A DNA stretch of 64,000 nt, taken from the NCBI GenBank assembly GCA_963663765.2, contig CAXXUA010000005.1, forward strand, positions 1,152,001 through 1,216,000, in the 5' to 3' direction. The position numbers were made by a program, and so were the translations under genes. This document shows, one piece after another, positions 29,386-40,023 of this stretch. A model generated the notes under the pieces. That model was not told where the DNA came from. It was given only the letters and a program-made list of their open reading frames with translations, and made no database searches. Positions within the stretch are counted from its first letter, which is position 1. Every line of letters begins with the position of its first letter. Source of the stretch: Candidatus Poribacteria bacterium. GTDB lineage: Bacteria > Poribacteria > WGA-4E > WGA-3G.

Positions 29386-31926
29386 TTATGATAAGAACGG
29401 AATCCAAAATTGAAAGTTGCAACCTTTGTCATTTTCACCTGCATCGACCCATATTTTTCCTTTGTGTGCTTCAACAAATCCTTGTGCAATTGACAGTCCT
29501 AAACCTGTTCCACCTTGTTCTCTTGTTTGAATATTGCTAAGTTGTCTGAATTTGTCAAAGACATTTTCTCGCTCTTCAGCGGGGATTCCTGGACCTGAGT
29601 CAATTACTTCAACGTGTATTCCATCATTTTCGTTTATAACATCAGTTTTTTCTTCATCTCTCGGGTACTTTTTACTTGTTATCTTGATCTTGACATAACC
29701 ATTTTCTGGAGTGAATTTAATAGCGTTTCCTATTAGATTAGTGAATATTTGCCCGATATATTCTGCGTCGCCTTTTGGTTGAGGTAAATCAGACTCTGCA
29801 TTATACGCCAAATCAATAGACTTTTCGTCTGCTTGTGGTTTGAGTTCCTCAATTCTTTGCTGACCAATTTCTACGATATCAATCGGTTCAAGGTTAATTA
29901 CAATTCGTCCAGCTTCAATTCTGGAGATATCAAGTAGATCGTTAATCATTTTTGCGAGTCGTTCTGATTGTCTGTGCGCACGAGACAAACTCAGTTGTTG
30001 TGCATCATTGAGTGGTCCTACTTTTCTGTCAAGTATAAGCGAAATAAATCCGATGATTGAAGTTAGTGGTGTTCGTAATTCATGCGAAACAAGTGCGACA
30101 AAATCAGATTTCATTTGGTCGATCTCATGCTGCTTTGTAATATCATCAAATACATAGACTGTTCCGGCCATATCCATATCTTCATCGGATAATGATTCGT
30201 CCTGTGTTGTTGTACTGATTGAAGCAAAACGGCTTGTCACAACACGTAGTACACGATTTTCTCCTTCTTGATCTAAAACAGTTGCTCGTGCATCCGTTCC
30301 TTGCGTATTCGCTGTTATTTGTAGGTTAGTTTCACGTAACAGATCAGTAAATCTTTCAGGAAATTCGTTAGCATCGCTAATATTTAGTAAGTGTTTTGCA
30401 GCTGGATTAAAGTAACGTATTCGGTCTTGTTTGTCAACAACAATAAGTCCTTCACCGAGGCAATCGACTATGGTTGTCATCTGTTGTTCAGCATTGATGA
30501 GTTTCTCAACAGCGATTTTTAGATTACGATACATGTCGTTAAATTCTTGCGCCAACATACCGACTTCGTTTTTGCTGTCAATTGAGATTAAATCTTCATC
30601 CTCATTTTGGTACCACTGCATATCTGCGATTTGTTTAAGAACCTGATCAGATTCTTGCTGAACAACTTCATTTGCTTCATGACCGATACGTTTTGCGGTT
30701 TGTGCGAGCTGCATAACAGGTTGTGAAATCCTTTTAGCTGCTACATAGGCGACAGGAATTACGATGACAGAAGATAGAATTGTAACCAATAATACATACT
30801 GATTCAGTTTAACGACACCAGCATAGGCTTGTGAATTTGGATATGAAACAAACATTATCCAGTTACTGAAATTAGGGTTTGTTTCCCATTCTAATCTTCT
30901 TTCCGCCACACCGTCGTTTCTCTGATCGTTTTCAAGTATACTGTTTTCTTGCCTATTTACTCGTCTTCCACGTCTTGTTCTTGTTCTTGCCCATCCATAT
31001 ACTCGAGATTCACTAAATCTATCGGTTTCTCCATCGGCTTCATATCCATGGTATTTTCCTTTTGTTCCTTTTTTTGCTTCAATAATTGCCCTTGCTGCAG
31101 CATTTTCAGTGCCAATTGAGTCCCCGATTTTATAGTTGCTATGTGTTGAAACAGAAATAATTATCCCATCTTCATTTGTAAGTATAGTATGGGATTTTTC
31201 CATTTCCGGCAGTAATTCAACAACATTTGATAGTTCTGGTAGATAGAGTACGACCTTAATCACACCGACAACATTTTTTTCATTTTTTGAAGAAGGTCTT
31301 TGTCTTCCTGATCTGATGGGTAATGCAACTAACAGACGATGCATTCCACGTTCAGCATCATAGGTAATATCCTCAGCGTAATCCAAACCAAGTCCATTAT
31401 TGATACTTTTGTTACACCAAATTTGGTCTTTTACATAATGTGGCATTGAGCTTGCTTGATCATATCTTAAATGCTGTTGATCTGAGTATAGAACATATCC
31501 AGCTGCATTTGTAATTGTTAATTCACTCCTGTTTCTATTTTGTCTTCCTCTAAACCTACTACTGGTATTTACTCTTAAGTCTCTAGTACTGTGGCTATTT
31601 TCTAAACTACTCCAGACATCAGTATATACTTGCATATTTATACCAGTCATGTTGGCTTTAGTAACATGTATTTGAATATCTGGGAGTTGTGATCGTATAT
31701 CGCGAATCTTATCTGAAATTGCGCGATCAACTCGGTATAGTTTTTCTTGCGCAAGTAGTACCAATCCTTCTCCGACACTACTTTTCAAAGCATTACCACC
31801 CAACACTTTAATTGTAAGTGAAACGACAAATAAAGGTGTGAGTGAAACAAGTAGAAACAGCACGACTTGTTGCCCGCGTAACCCCATTTTCAACACAGTC
31901 TTTTTTGCAGGTTTTGTATCTTGCAT
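29386..31926 (-). CDS. Sensor histidine kinase (periplasmic Cache-like, HAMP, PAS, HisKA, HATPase)
   Basis: Two TMs; SHELRTPL, NLIGNAIKF, DSGPGI and GTGLGL motifs. Confidence 0.95.
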   Translation of the reverse strand: MQDTKPAKKTVLKMGLRGQQVVLFLLVSLTPLFVVSLTIKVLGGNALKSSVGEGLVLLAQEKLYRVDRAISDKIRDIRSQLPDIQIHVTKANMTGINMQVYTDVWSSLENSHSTRDLRVNTSSRFRGRQNRNRSELTITNAAGYVLYSDQQHLRYDQASSMPHYVKDQIWCNKSINNGLGLDYAEDITYDAERGMHRLLVALPIRSGRQRPSSKNEKNVVGVIKVVLYLPELSNVVELLPEMEKSHTILTNEDGIIISVSTHSNYKIGDSIGTENAAARAIIEAKKGTKGKYHGYEADGETDRFSESRVYGWARTRTRRGRRVNRQENSILENDQRNDGVAERRLEWETNPNFSNWIMFVSYPNSQAYAGVVKLNQYVLLVTILSSVIVIPVAYVAAKRISQPVMQLAQTAKRIGHEANEVVQQESDQVLKQIADMQWYQNEDEDLISIDSKNEVGMLAQEFNDMYRNLKIAVEKLINAEQQMTTIVDCLGEGLIVVDKQDRIRYFNPAAKHLLNISDANEFPERFTDLLRETNLQITANTQGTDARATVLDQEGENRVLRVVTSRFASISTTTQDESLSDEDMDMAGTVYVFDDITKQHEIDQMKSDFVALVSHELRTPLTSIIGFISLILDRKVGPLNDAQQLSLSRAHRQSERLAKMINDLLDISRIEAGRIVINLEPIDIVEIGQQRIEELKPQADEKSIDLAYNAESDLPQPKGDAEYIGQIFTNLIGNAIKFTPENGYVKIKITSKKYPRDEEKTDVINENDGIHVEVIDSGPGIPAEERENVFDKFRQLSNIQTREQGGTGLGLSIAQGFVEAHKGKIWVDAGENDKGCNFQFWIPFLS

Positions 31927-31966
31927 TCCTGCTCTCCTACAGCGGATAACTTGTTCAGTGTGATTA

Positions 31967-32063
31967 CAGCGTATCTCAAAATGTGATTTTGTCTAAATTC
32001 ACAGCATCGCGTGTCCGGTAAATCGGGGTTAGAAACCCCTCCTACAATTTATGAGATAGGTTG
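31967..32063. mobile_element. IS5-related MITE carrying one REP
   Basis: TA|CAGCGTATCTCAAAA ... TTATGAGATAGGTTG|TA resembles the TIRs of the IS5 at 42245; internal AATCGGGGTTAGAAACCCCTCCTAC. Confidence 0.7.
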
Positions 32064-32175
32064 TAGATACATCTGCACATTTTATAGTAGATTCTGATAT
32101 AAATTACAAACTTAACGAGTTTGAGCAACCTTCGGTCGCGAAATTCACCATAGTTATTGAATTTTATTCCTTAGA

Positions 32176-32511
32176 TTATGTAAAAGCATTACGTGCAGCT
32201 TCCTCAGAATCATATACTTCTAAAATAGATGTTAGTCTTGTAACTTCCAAAATATTACAAACGGCTTTCTGTGGATTCAATAGTACTAATTTCCCACCAG
32301 ATCTTTGTACTACTTGAAAAGCCATTATGATGACACCGAGTGCAGTACTGTCAAGGAGTGGGACGTTCTTTAAATCAATAATCAGTTTGTTATTTCCATT
32401 TTGCAGTTGCTGTTCAATTTCTTTATGAAATTGTGCTACTGTGTTACCAATTATCTTGCCTTGAACGTGGACAAATACGGTATCCTCCGCCTCCAATATA
32501 ATATCAAACAT
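32176..32511 (-). CDS. STAS anti-sigma factor antagonist
   Basis: LLDSTALG motif, STAS length. Confidence 0.9.
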   Translation of the reverse strand: MFDIILEAEDTVFVHVQGKIIGNTVAQFHKEIEQQLQNGNNKLIIDLKNVPLLDSTALGVIIMAFQVVQRSGGKLVLLNPQKAVCNILEVTRLTSILEVYDSEEAARNAFT

Positions 32512-32610
32512 TTTATATTACTCCTTCACATTATAACTGCTATTGATTAATTCTAAGAAAAAGTAAATTGTATTTTTGAACGATCACTGTGTATATTAAG
32601 TTTAGAAACA

Positions 32611-33270
32611 TTAATTATTTACTTTTCGTAAAGCTACAAAACTACGATCAAGTTTTTCAATTCCACCTGCATAAATACGTTCAATTTCTGCTCCAAATGT
32701 ATTCAATGTTTTTCTACTATGTTCTATCTCTGTCTCTATGTTACTGGATTTGTAAGCAATCCATCGACCCGTTGGATTAAGCAAAGGCAAACAATATGCA
32801 ACTGAATCCTTTAAAGAAGCGACATATCTGGTTAAGACCCAATCATAGGTGTTAATATTTTCCTTATCGGCTGCACAACTCTCAGCACGTTTTACCAAGA
32901 TATTTGGAGAAGAATCAAATGCTAATTGTGAAACAGCATATTTTAGGAATGCAACTTTTTTTTGAGAGACCTCTACAAGCGTTAGAATGATTCTTGGATT
33001 GTATATCTTTAGAACTAAACCTGGAAAACCTGCCCCTGTACCAATGTCTATTATTTTTTGTCCTGATTCTATCTTAAAATGTTCAAGTACACTAATAGAA
33101 TCAAGGAAATGTTTATATATTATCTCGTCGTCATCGTGCAGGGAAGTTAGGTTCATGTGAGAATTCCACCGTTTCAATTCAGACCAATACAGAGTAAGTT
33201 GTTCTAATTGTTCAGTTATAAGTGGAAATCCATGACGGTTGAAAACTGCTTTTAATTTTTCGCGGAACAT
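32611..33270 (-). CDS. rsmG: 16S rRNA m7G527 methyltransferase
   Basis: NLTS, HFLDS and DIGTGAGFPG motifs; follows mnmG. Confidence 0.95.
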   Translation of the reverse strand: MFREKLKAVFNRHGFPLITEQLEQLTLYWSELKRWNSHMNLTSLHDDDEIIYKHFLDSISVLEHFKIESGQKIIDIGTGAGFPGLVLKIYNPRIILTLVEVSQKKVAFLKYAVSQLAFDSSPNILVKRAESCAADKENINTYDWVLTRYVASLKDSVAYCLPLLNPTGRWIAYKSSNIETEIEHSRKTLNTFGAEIERIYAGGIEKLDRSFVALRKVNN

Positions 33271-33280
33271 TGCTATCTAA

Positions 33281-35164
33281 CTAATGTTTATATTGATGTA
33301 GTATTACCATTAGTATTGAGATGTCTGCTGGAGACACCCCGGGCAGCCGTGATGCTTGTCCAATGGATGCGGGTCGAATTTTTTCAAGTTTTTCACGTGC
33401 TTCCGTCTTTAATCCATGCACATCAATATAGTTAAATGTCTCAGGAATTCTTAGATTTTCTAATTTTTTAAATTGATGAATTTGCCGTTGCTGTCTTTGA
33501 ATATATCCATCATACTTTATTTGTATTTCAACTTGTTCTTTCACAGGATCAGGCAGGTCCTCATCTGGCGGAGAAAGGCATGCAATATGCTCATAGCTAA
33601 GTTCGGGTCGTTTTAGTAGGTCTGACAATAAAGTTGGTTGTTTGAGTTTTCCTGTTTCAGCAATTTTGGCAAGTCTATCAACAGTTCCTATATTTGGTGT
33701 CAATCGTGTTTCATCTAATCTTTTCAGTTCTTTCTGAATATATGTAGACTTCTGCTGGTATCTTTCATAAGTTTCATCATCAATGAGTCCAATCTTTCTT
33801 CCAATCTCAGTGAGACGTAGATCGGCATTGTCTTCTCTTAGTGCCAACCGATATTCTGCCCGAGAAGTAAACATTCGGTAAGGTTCACGGATGTCTAAAG
33901 TAACCAAGTCGTCAATGAGAACTGCGATATATGCTTGTGATCGATCAAGTATTAGGGATTCTTGACTTTTCACACTTAAAGCAGCATTAATTCCTGCAAT
34001 TAGTCCTTGTGCTGCGGCTTCTTCATATCCTGTCGTTCCGTTGAGTTGTCCAGCAAAATAGAGGCAAGGTACTGCTTTCGTTTCAAGAGTAGGTAGAAGT
34101 TGAGTTGCAGGTGCAAAATCATACTCAACTGCATAACCAAACCGCATAATCTCAGCGTTTTCTAATCCACAGATGCTATGTACCATATCTACTTGCACAT
34201 CTTCGGGTAGACTGGCAGAGATGCCGTTAAGGTAAATCTCTTCGGTATCCATACCTTCTGGTTCTACAAAAACTTGGTGTTCTTTTTTATCTGCAAAACG
34301 GACGACTTTGTCCTCAATAGAAGGACAATAACGCGGTCCGATGCCAACAATGCGACCACTGTACATCGCGGAACGGTGAAGATTATCTTTTATTATGTGA
34401 TGCGTTTTTTCGTTTGTGTAGGTAAGATAGCACGGCACTTGTGGTTGTGTAATTCTTTCAGTTGAAAAAGAGAAGGGAAGTGGGTTATCATCACCCGGTT
34501 GGATTTCCATTTGTGTTATGTCAATAGTGTGTGCATTGACACGCGGTGGTGTACCAGTTTTTAGTCTACCAATTTCAAATCCGAGGTTTAGAAAACTTTC
34601 AGAAAGTTTCTCGGCGGCAGATTCACCTGCTCTACCAGCACTATAGGATACATCACCGATATGTACTATACCTCTTAAAAAAGTGCCAGTCGTGAGGATG
34701 ACACTTTCTCCATAATATGCCGTTTGTGTTTGGCTTTTTATTCCAACACATTGTCCATTCTCGGTTAGTAATTCTTCAACCATAACTTGCTTGATGTCAA
34801 GTTTTTCTTGTTTCTCTAACACACGTTTCATTTCATCTTGGTATGCTTTTTTATCTGCTTGTGCGCGACTAGAACGTACTGCTGGTCCCTTTTTTGTGTT
34901 TAATCGGCGGAATTGGATACCTGTCTTGTCAATGTTCTTTGCCATTTCACCACCAAGTGCATCTATCTCTTTGACCAAATGTCCTTTTGCCAACCCACCT
35001 ATAGCAGGATTGCAAGACATTTTCGCTATAGTGTCCAAGTTGATGGTGACGATGAGCGTTTCACATCCCATGCGTGCAGCAGCAAGAGCTGCTTCACATC
35101 CTGCATGGCCTGCACCGACTACTATGACATCGTAATGCTTGTGATACTTATTCATGACGTTCAC
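33281..35164 (-). CDS. mnmG: tRNA uridine 5-carboxymethylaminomethyl modification enzyme GidA
   Basis: GAGHAGCEAA, SCNPAIGG, GPRYCPSIEDK and YRMFTSRAEYR; start may be 35155. Confidence 0.98.
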   Translation of the reverse strand: MNVMNKYHKHYDVIVVGAGHAGCEAALAAARMGCETLIVTINLDTIAKMSCNPAIGGLAKGHLVKEIDALGGEMAKNIDKTGIQFRRLNTKKGPAVRSSRAQADKKAYQDEMKRVLEKQEKLDIKQVMVEELLTENGQCVGIKSQTQTAYYGESVILTTGTFLRGIVHIGDVSYSAGRAGESAAEKLSESFLNLGFEIGRLKTGTPPRVNAHTIDITQMEIQPGDDNPLPFSFSTERITQPQVPCYLTYTNEKTHHIIKDNLHRSAMYSGRIVGIGPRYCPSIEDKVVRFADKKEHQVFVEPEGMDTEEIYLNGISASLPEDVQVDMVHSICGLENAEIMRFGYAVEYDFAPATQLLPTLETKAVPCLYFAGQLNGTTGYEEAAAQGLIAGINAALSVKSQESLILDRSQAYIAVLIDDLVTLDIREPYRMFTSRAEYRLALREDNADLRLTEIGRKIGLIDDETYERYQQKSTYIQKELKRLDETRLTPNIGTVDRLAKIAETGKLKQPTLLSDLLKRPELSYEHIACLSPPDEDLPDPVKEQVEIQIKYDGYIQRQQRQIHQFKKLENLRIPETFNYIDVHGLKTEAREKLEKIRPASIGQASRLPGVSPADISILMVILHQYKH

Positions 35165-35196
35165 ACATTTCTCTCAGTTGAAATTAATAGCAACAA

Positions 35197-36156
35197 CTAT
35201 AATCCTTCGTAAATGATGTTGAGGACGAGTTTACCTACAATTTCTAAACTCTTAGGACTACATTTATCTACTGTATCCTCAAGAGTATGCCAGTAAGGAT
35301 AATCAAAGTCAATGATATTCACCATAGGTATCCCTGCTTTGATCAGAGGAACATGGTCATCCAAGATTGCCAGACCTAATTTATGTTGAAAAGGGGCTAA
35401 TCCGAGTTTCTCTGCCCGTTTCCAGATAGCAGACGCATAATCTGGGTTTGCATTCCAAGAGTATCTTTCAATAGGTATTTGTAAATCCTTGTCACCTATC
35501 ATATCCAAGAGTATACCGTAGTTAGGTTTCCATTTTCCCATATTCTTTGCGAAAAACTTTGAACCAAGAAACATCTGATCAACTGTTTTGCCATAATCCT
35601 CACCATCAAACAGTATTACAACAATACGGCGGGGTGGTGGCGTCTCCTTTAAGATACGCGCAATTTCAAGCAAGACTGCTACACCTGAAGCACCGTCATT
35701 CGCTCCTACTATTGGTTGTCGTTGATTATCCACATCTGCGTCTTTGTCAGCACACGGACGTGTATCCCAATGTGCAGCGAGCAGCAGTGTTTCCTTATGC
35801 ACATTGCCAAATTCAGCTATTATATTGTTCATTTTTAGTGTTTTTTTCTTGGGAGGATCGTCAATCGTATCAACTTCAGCGGTAAAGGGTTGGAGTTTTA
35901 CTGAAGTTGAATACTTTTTGAATTCTGCGAAAAGATAATCTTTGGTTTTCACGTGTGCGTCTGAACCAGGGGGACGCGGACCAAATTCGCACTGTTTTTT
36001 CAAATGTTCAAATGCACGGTTTGCATCAAATTCCAGTGGTGTTTGCTTTGAAGGTTTGTTCGTTTGTTCAGCATTAGTTAATGTCGTAATTCCACAACAT
36101 AAACTAAAAATTAGAAACGATATTGGCAGGATTTTTACAGTCAGCACATTTTTCAT
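35197..36156 (-). CDS. Secreted M28 family peptidase / glutaminyl cyclase-like
   Basis: Signal peptide; AHWD, GANDGASGVA, DGED, DMIG, DDH and WHT motifs. Confidence 0.9.
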   Translation of the reverse strand: MKNVLTVKILPISFLIFSLCCGITTLTNAEQTNKPSKQTPLEFDANRAFEHLKKQCEFGPRPPGSDAHVKTKDYLFAEFKKYSTSVKLQPFTAEVDTIDDPPKKKTLKMNNIIAEFGNVHKETLLLAAHWDTRPCADKDADVDNQRQPIVGANDGASGVAVLLEIARILKETPPPRRIVVILFDGEDYGKTVDQMFLGSKFFAKNMGKWKPNYGILLDMIGDKDLQIPIERYSWNANPDYASAIWKRAEKLGLAPFQHKLGLAILDDHVPLIKAGIPMVNIIDFDYPYWHTLEDTVDKCSPKSLEIVGKLVLNIIYEGL

Positions 36157-36181
36157 TTTGCTTATTTCCTATAAGATATGC

Positions 36182-36781
36182 CTACATTGCCCGTCTACCT
36201 TCCAAAGCCTTCGCAAGTGTTACTTCATCAATATACTCTAAATCTCCTCCAACAGGAATACCGTAAGCGATTCGTGTTACATTGACCTGAAATTTTTCAA
36301 GCTGCTGCGTTAGGAATAGTGCTGTTGCTTGTCCTTCTGTATCCCAATTTGTAGCGAGAATTACCTCTTTGACAGAACCATTGTGTACTCGCTCAAAGAG
36401 AGATTCCATCCGTAGCGAATCTGGACCAACTCCATCTAATGGTGACAGTACACCACCAAGGACATGATATAAACCTTTATGGATTTCTGTGCGCTCAATT
36501 GCCCACAGGTCGTCAGGTTGTTCAACAACACAGATGATCTGTGTGTCACGCCTTGGATTTGAACATATCTGACACGGGTTAATATCTGTAATAGTACCAC
36601 ATATCCTGCAATCTGACAAGTTTTTTTTAACTTCCAGAATCGCTTCTGCAATCTGGTTGGTCTCTATATCCGGTAAAGTCAACATAAAAAAAGCTAAACG
36701 TTGTGCGGTTTTAGGACCAACAGTGGGAAGTTTTTGGAGCTGCATAATCAAACGCTCCAAAGGTACTGGATAACCTTTCAT
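36182..36781 (-). CDS. recR: Recombination mediator RecR
   Basis: LPTVGPKTAQRL, C4 zinc finger, YHVLGG and GGDLEYID; start MKGYP. Confidence 0.97.
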   Translation of the reverse strand: MKGYPVPLERLIMQLQKLPTVGPKTAQRLAFFMLTLPDIETNQIAEAILEVKKNLSDCRICGTITDINPCQICSNPRRDTQIICVVEQPDDLWAIERTEIHKGLYHVLGGVLSPLDGVGPDSLRMESLFERVHNGSVKEVILATNWDTEGQATALFLTQQLEKFQVNVTRIAYGIPVGGDLEYIDEVTLAKALEGRRAM

Positions 36782-36794
36782 GTTTTGCCTACTT

Positions 36795-37103
36795 CTACGG
36801 TAGTCCTGGTATCTTAAAACCACCAGTGAGTTTGCTCATCTCATCAGACATCAATTCTTGTGATTCTTGCAGTGCTTGATTTACAGCCGCCACGACTAAA
36901 TCTTCAAGCATTTCAGTGTCGTCTGGATCTACAACTTCGGGGACAATGCGAAGTGAAACGAGTTCTTGTTGTCCATTAACAACAGCAGTAACCATACCAC
37001 CACCGACTGTTGCTTCTACAGTCTGGTTGGCAAGTTCTTCCCGAATTTCCAGCATACGTTTTTGCATCTGCTGTGCCTGTTTCATCAAGTCATTCATTTT
37101 CAT
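36795..37103 (-). CDS. ybaB: Nucleoid-associated protein YbaB/EbfC
   Basis: MKQAQQMQ, GGGMV and EMLEDLV; between dnaX and recR. Confidence 0.96.
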   Translation of the reverse strand: MKMNDLMKQAQQMQKRMLEIREELANQTVEATVGGGMVTAVVNGQQELVSLRIVPEVVDPDDTEMLEDLVVAAVNQALQESQELMSDEMSKLTGGFKIPGLP

Positions 37104-37177
37104 AATAACAAAACGTTCCAGAACTCAATAGAGAACTGGATATCTCCTTAAATTATACAAAGTTAAGCGTTGTTTGA

Positions 37178-38947
37178 CTAAATATTAGTTTCTAAAATTC
37201 TCGCATCAAATTCGTCAAGTACAGATCGTATCTCTTTGTCTTCCTCCGCTTGACGTTTGCGCATGAGGGGTGTTGTAGCTTCTTCTACCTCGGGTGTTTC
37301 AGTAATAATGTCTGGTTGTGTGCTTTCTACTGATATCATATATTCAATATTAAAATGTTTTTTTGTCTTCTCTGTAAATTGTCGTTTGACGTATTGTTTT
37401 ACTTCTTCATCCACTAAAGAAAAACTTCCCTGTGAACATGTGATTTTAATCTGATCTTTCCCCTCTAACGTTGCGATAGCTCCTACAAAAGCACCTAAAG
37501 CAAGATAACGTGGTAGACTTGTTTTTACTTGTTCCCATATCTCTGTAATGTTTTCTGAGTTCAGTTCTATCGGGGATTGATCTTGTTCAACAGTTGTTTC
37601 TGAGATGTCGGTTTCTCGTTCAGCTGGAATAGATGATTCAGATGCAGATTCTGACTCTTGTGGTTCAGGTAAGTTACTCAAGTCTTCAATGGGTGGTCTT
37701 ACTTCAATTGGGGGTATTTTAGGAGAATTTGGAATGGCATCCCGTGAAGTAACTTGAGATACTTCATTTGAACTACCAATCTTCTGCTCAATAGCAATCA
37801 ATTTGTTGAGAAGTTCATGTAGTTCAATTGAATCATGAATGGAATGAATTTGTATCAATGCACTTTCAAGTTGTAATTGAGCAAAACCGTATTCTTTGAT
37901 TTCTCGGTTTGCATGCATCAGGATCTTAATGATACGTGTCAATCGTTCAACTGAGACTTTTTCAGCTTTTGCTTTTAGAGCGGCGATTTCAGACTTTGGA
38001 CTCTGGATGTGATCATCAAGTTGGTTATCAATAGCAAGGATGCGCAGATCACGAAAATATGCAATAAGTTGTTGAAGACATTTCGTTATATCCATTCCTT
38101 GAATGGATAGTTGATTCAACGTTGAAAGTCCTTCGGTTAAGTTGCGATCTGTTATTGCCTCCGTAAGGCGATTAAGCAGTGAACTTGAACCAAGACCGAG
38201 TGTCTCCTCTACATTTTCAAGGGTTAACTGATTTCCCGCTGATGTGACCAAACGTTCAAGAAGGTTTTCTGCATCACGAAGACACCCCTCTGATTGACGT
38301 GTAATCAGCGGCAATACGTCACTATCCAAAGTAATATCTTCGTCGTCAGCTATTAGCTGCAGACGTGATATGATTTGTTCAGGAGTGAGATGGCGAAAAT
38401 CAAAGTCTTGACATCGGGAGATGATCGTTTTTGGAATCTGTGAGTGTTCTGTTGTCGCCATGATGAAGATGACATGATGTGGCGGTTCTTCAAGTGTTTT
38501 AAGTAGTGCGTTAAATCCCTCTGTTGTGAGCATGTGCACTTCATCAATAATATAGATTTTGTATCTATAAGCTGCAGGTGAAAGTTTTACGTTCTCGCGA
38601 AGGTCACGAATAGTATCAATTCCACGATTTGAGGCAGCATCCATCTCTATAACATCAAACGATGAACCTTGTGTAATCGTCTGACAAGCATCACATTTGT
38701 TGCATGGTTCTCCACTTTTTACAGGTCCTAAGTCTGTTTCTTCTGTGGAATTAAGGCAGTTCACTGCTTTTGCAAATAGGCGCGCGACCGTTGTTTTTCC
38801 TGTACCCCTTGGTCCCCAAAAAAGGTATGCATGGCCAAGACGTTCTGATCGAATTTGGTTCTGTAACGTAGCAGTCACATGTTCCTGTCCTACAACATCT
38901 TGAAAATACTGAGGGCGCCATTTCTGCGCAAAAACTTCATAAGACAT
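37178..38947 (-). CDS. dnaX: DNA polymerase III subunit gamma/tau
   Basis: KWRPQ, GPRGTGKT, DAASN, DEVHML, LKTLEEPP and SRC motifs. Confidence 0.98.
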   Translation of the reverse strand: MSYEVFAQKWRPQYFQDVVGQEHVTATLQNQIRSERLGHAYLFWGPRGTGKTTVARLFAKAVNCLNSTEETDLGPVKSGEPCNKCDACQTITQGSSFDVIEMDAASNRGIDTIRDLRENVKLSPAAYRYKIYIIDEVHMLTTEGFNALLKTLEEPPHHVIFIMATTEHSQIPKTIISRCQDFDFRHLTPEQIISRLQLIADDEDITLDSDVLPLITRQSEGCLRDAENLLERLVTSAGNQLTLENVEETLGLGSSSLLNRLTEAITDRNLTEGLSTLNQLSIQGMDITKCLQQLIAYFRDLRILAIDNQLDDHIQSPKSEIAALKAKAEKVSVERLTRIIKILMHANREIKEYGFAQLQLESALIQIHSIHDSIELHELLNKLIAIEQKIGSSNEVSQVTSRDAIPNSPKIPPIEVRPPIEDLSNLPEPQESESASESSIPAERETDISETTVEQDQSPIELNSENITEIWEQVKTSLPRYLALGAFVGAIATLEGKDQIKITCSQGSFSLVDEEVKQYVKRQFTEKTKKHFNIEYMISVESTQPDIITETPEVEEATTPLMRKRQAEEDKEIRSVLDEFDARILETNI

Positions 38948-39072
38948 CAATACTTCCTTAGACAGGTTAATATGTTTACTCGTAACATCTAATAGAAAAG
39001 AATATATTACAGAAATAAGATTACAAGTAACACAGACTTACTTGCGCAACTCAATAATAGAATACAGAATCT

Positions 39073-39285
39073 ACGACTTGTGCTAGTTATCTGATAGTTT
39101 TGTTGGTTTTAACAAGTGCCAATATTCTGTAGGAGCGATCTCCGAATCGCGATCTATTATTGTCGGGAATCGGAGTTCCATCCTACATTTTAGACTGACA
39201 TCCGCCTGAAATTAACGGAATTTAAACATAAATGTGACGGATATGTGAAATATAGACATACTAAATGTTAACTAGCACAAGTCGT
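39073..39285. mobile_element. MITE family A, second copy, carrying a GTAG REP doublet (39129-39186)
   Basis: ACGACTTGTGCTAGTTA / TAACTAGCACAAGTCGT TIRs; 7-bp direct repeat AGAATCT. Confidence 0.85.
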
Positions 39286-39320
39286 AGAATCTATAATTAT
39301 CTACTCAATAGAAAAAATAT

Positions 39321-39590
39321 GGCTATGCACCCAGCGTTGACAAGTATTTCCGGGCGTTTCCCATGTCGTTAACTCAAACCAGGCTACCTTGCGTCACACG
39401 AGAAGACTTATCTGCCGCTGCTTCCTTCCAGACCTGACGGAGTTCAACAAGTTCTCGTTGCTCAAGACCCAATTCTCAACGTTACGTGCATGGGACAGTC
39501 CCCACAAAGACAGGCCGCATTCTGGGAATTCCGTTCTGCTATAGCGGATTGCAGATACAGGGCACCGCTACCTCCCCACCTAGCATAGCC
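39321..39590 (-). ncRNA. ffs: Large (Alu-domain-containing) bacterial SRP RNA
   Basis: 5' GGCTATGCTAGGTGGGGAGGTAGCGGTGCCCTGT pairs with the 3' end; helix 8 TCAGGTCTGGAAGGAAGCAGC; upstream of dnaX. Confidence 0.93.
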
Positions 39591-39676
39591 AAGATGTAAA
39601 ATTATTCTTCGGATATACAGAATACCGGTAGGACCTAAATACATGGTATTTTACAACCGATATTACACAATAATAC

Positions 39677-39768
39677 TGGCGGAGAGAGTGGGATTCGAAC
39701 CCACGGTACTGCAAAACAGCACACATGATTTCCAGTCATGCCAGTTCAACCAACTCCTGCATCTCTCC
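39677..39768 (-). tRNA. tRNA-Ser(GGA)
   Basis: Cloverleaf with long variable arm, anticodon GGA, encoded CCA. Confidence 0.95.
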
Positions 39769-39783
39769 GAAAAGTGCTTATTA

Positions 39784-39856
39784 TGGAGCAGACGGGATTT
39801 GAACCCGTGACCTCATCCGTGCGAGGGATGCGCTCTCCCAACTGAGCTACTGCCCC
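39784..39856 (-). tRNA. tRNA-Ala(CGC)
   Basis: Anticodon CGC, G3:U70 pair, discriminator A. Confidence 0.93.
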
Positions 39857-39887
39857 AAAATCTTGGTATATTCAAAAGAAAATCTGA

Positions 39888-39972
39888 CGGAGAGAGTGGG
39901 ATTCGAACCCACGGTGACTTGCGCCACAACAGTTTTCGAGACTGTCCAGTTCAACCGCTCCTGCATCTCTCC
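39888..39972 (-). tRNA. tRNA-Ser(CGA)
   Basis: Anticodon CGA, long variable arm. Confidence 0.95.
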
Positions 39973-40023
39973 TAATGAAAATATCAACTGGAATCTTCAT
40001 TATAATTATGTTATTCTTCAATT

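Noticed and set aside
32511-35200. oriC beside mnmG-rsmG
   Set aside because: Intergenic gaps are short, and I saw no DnaA-box cluster, dnaA or parAB there.
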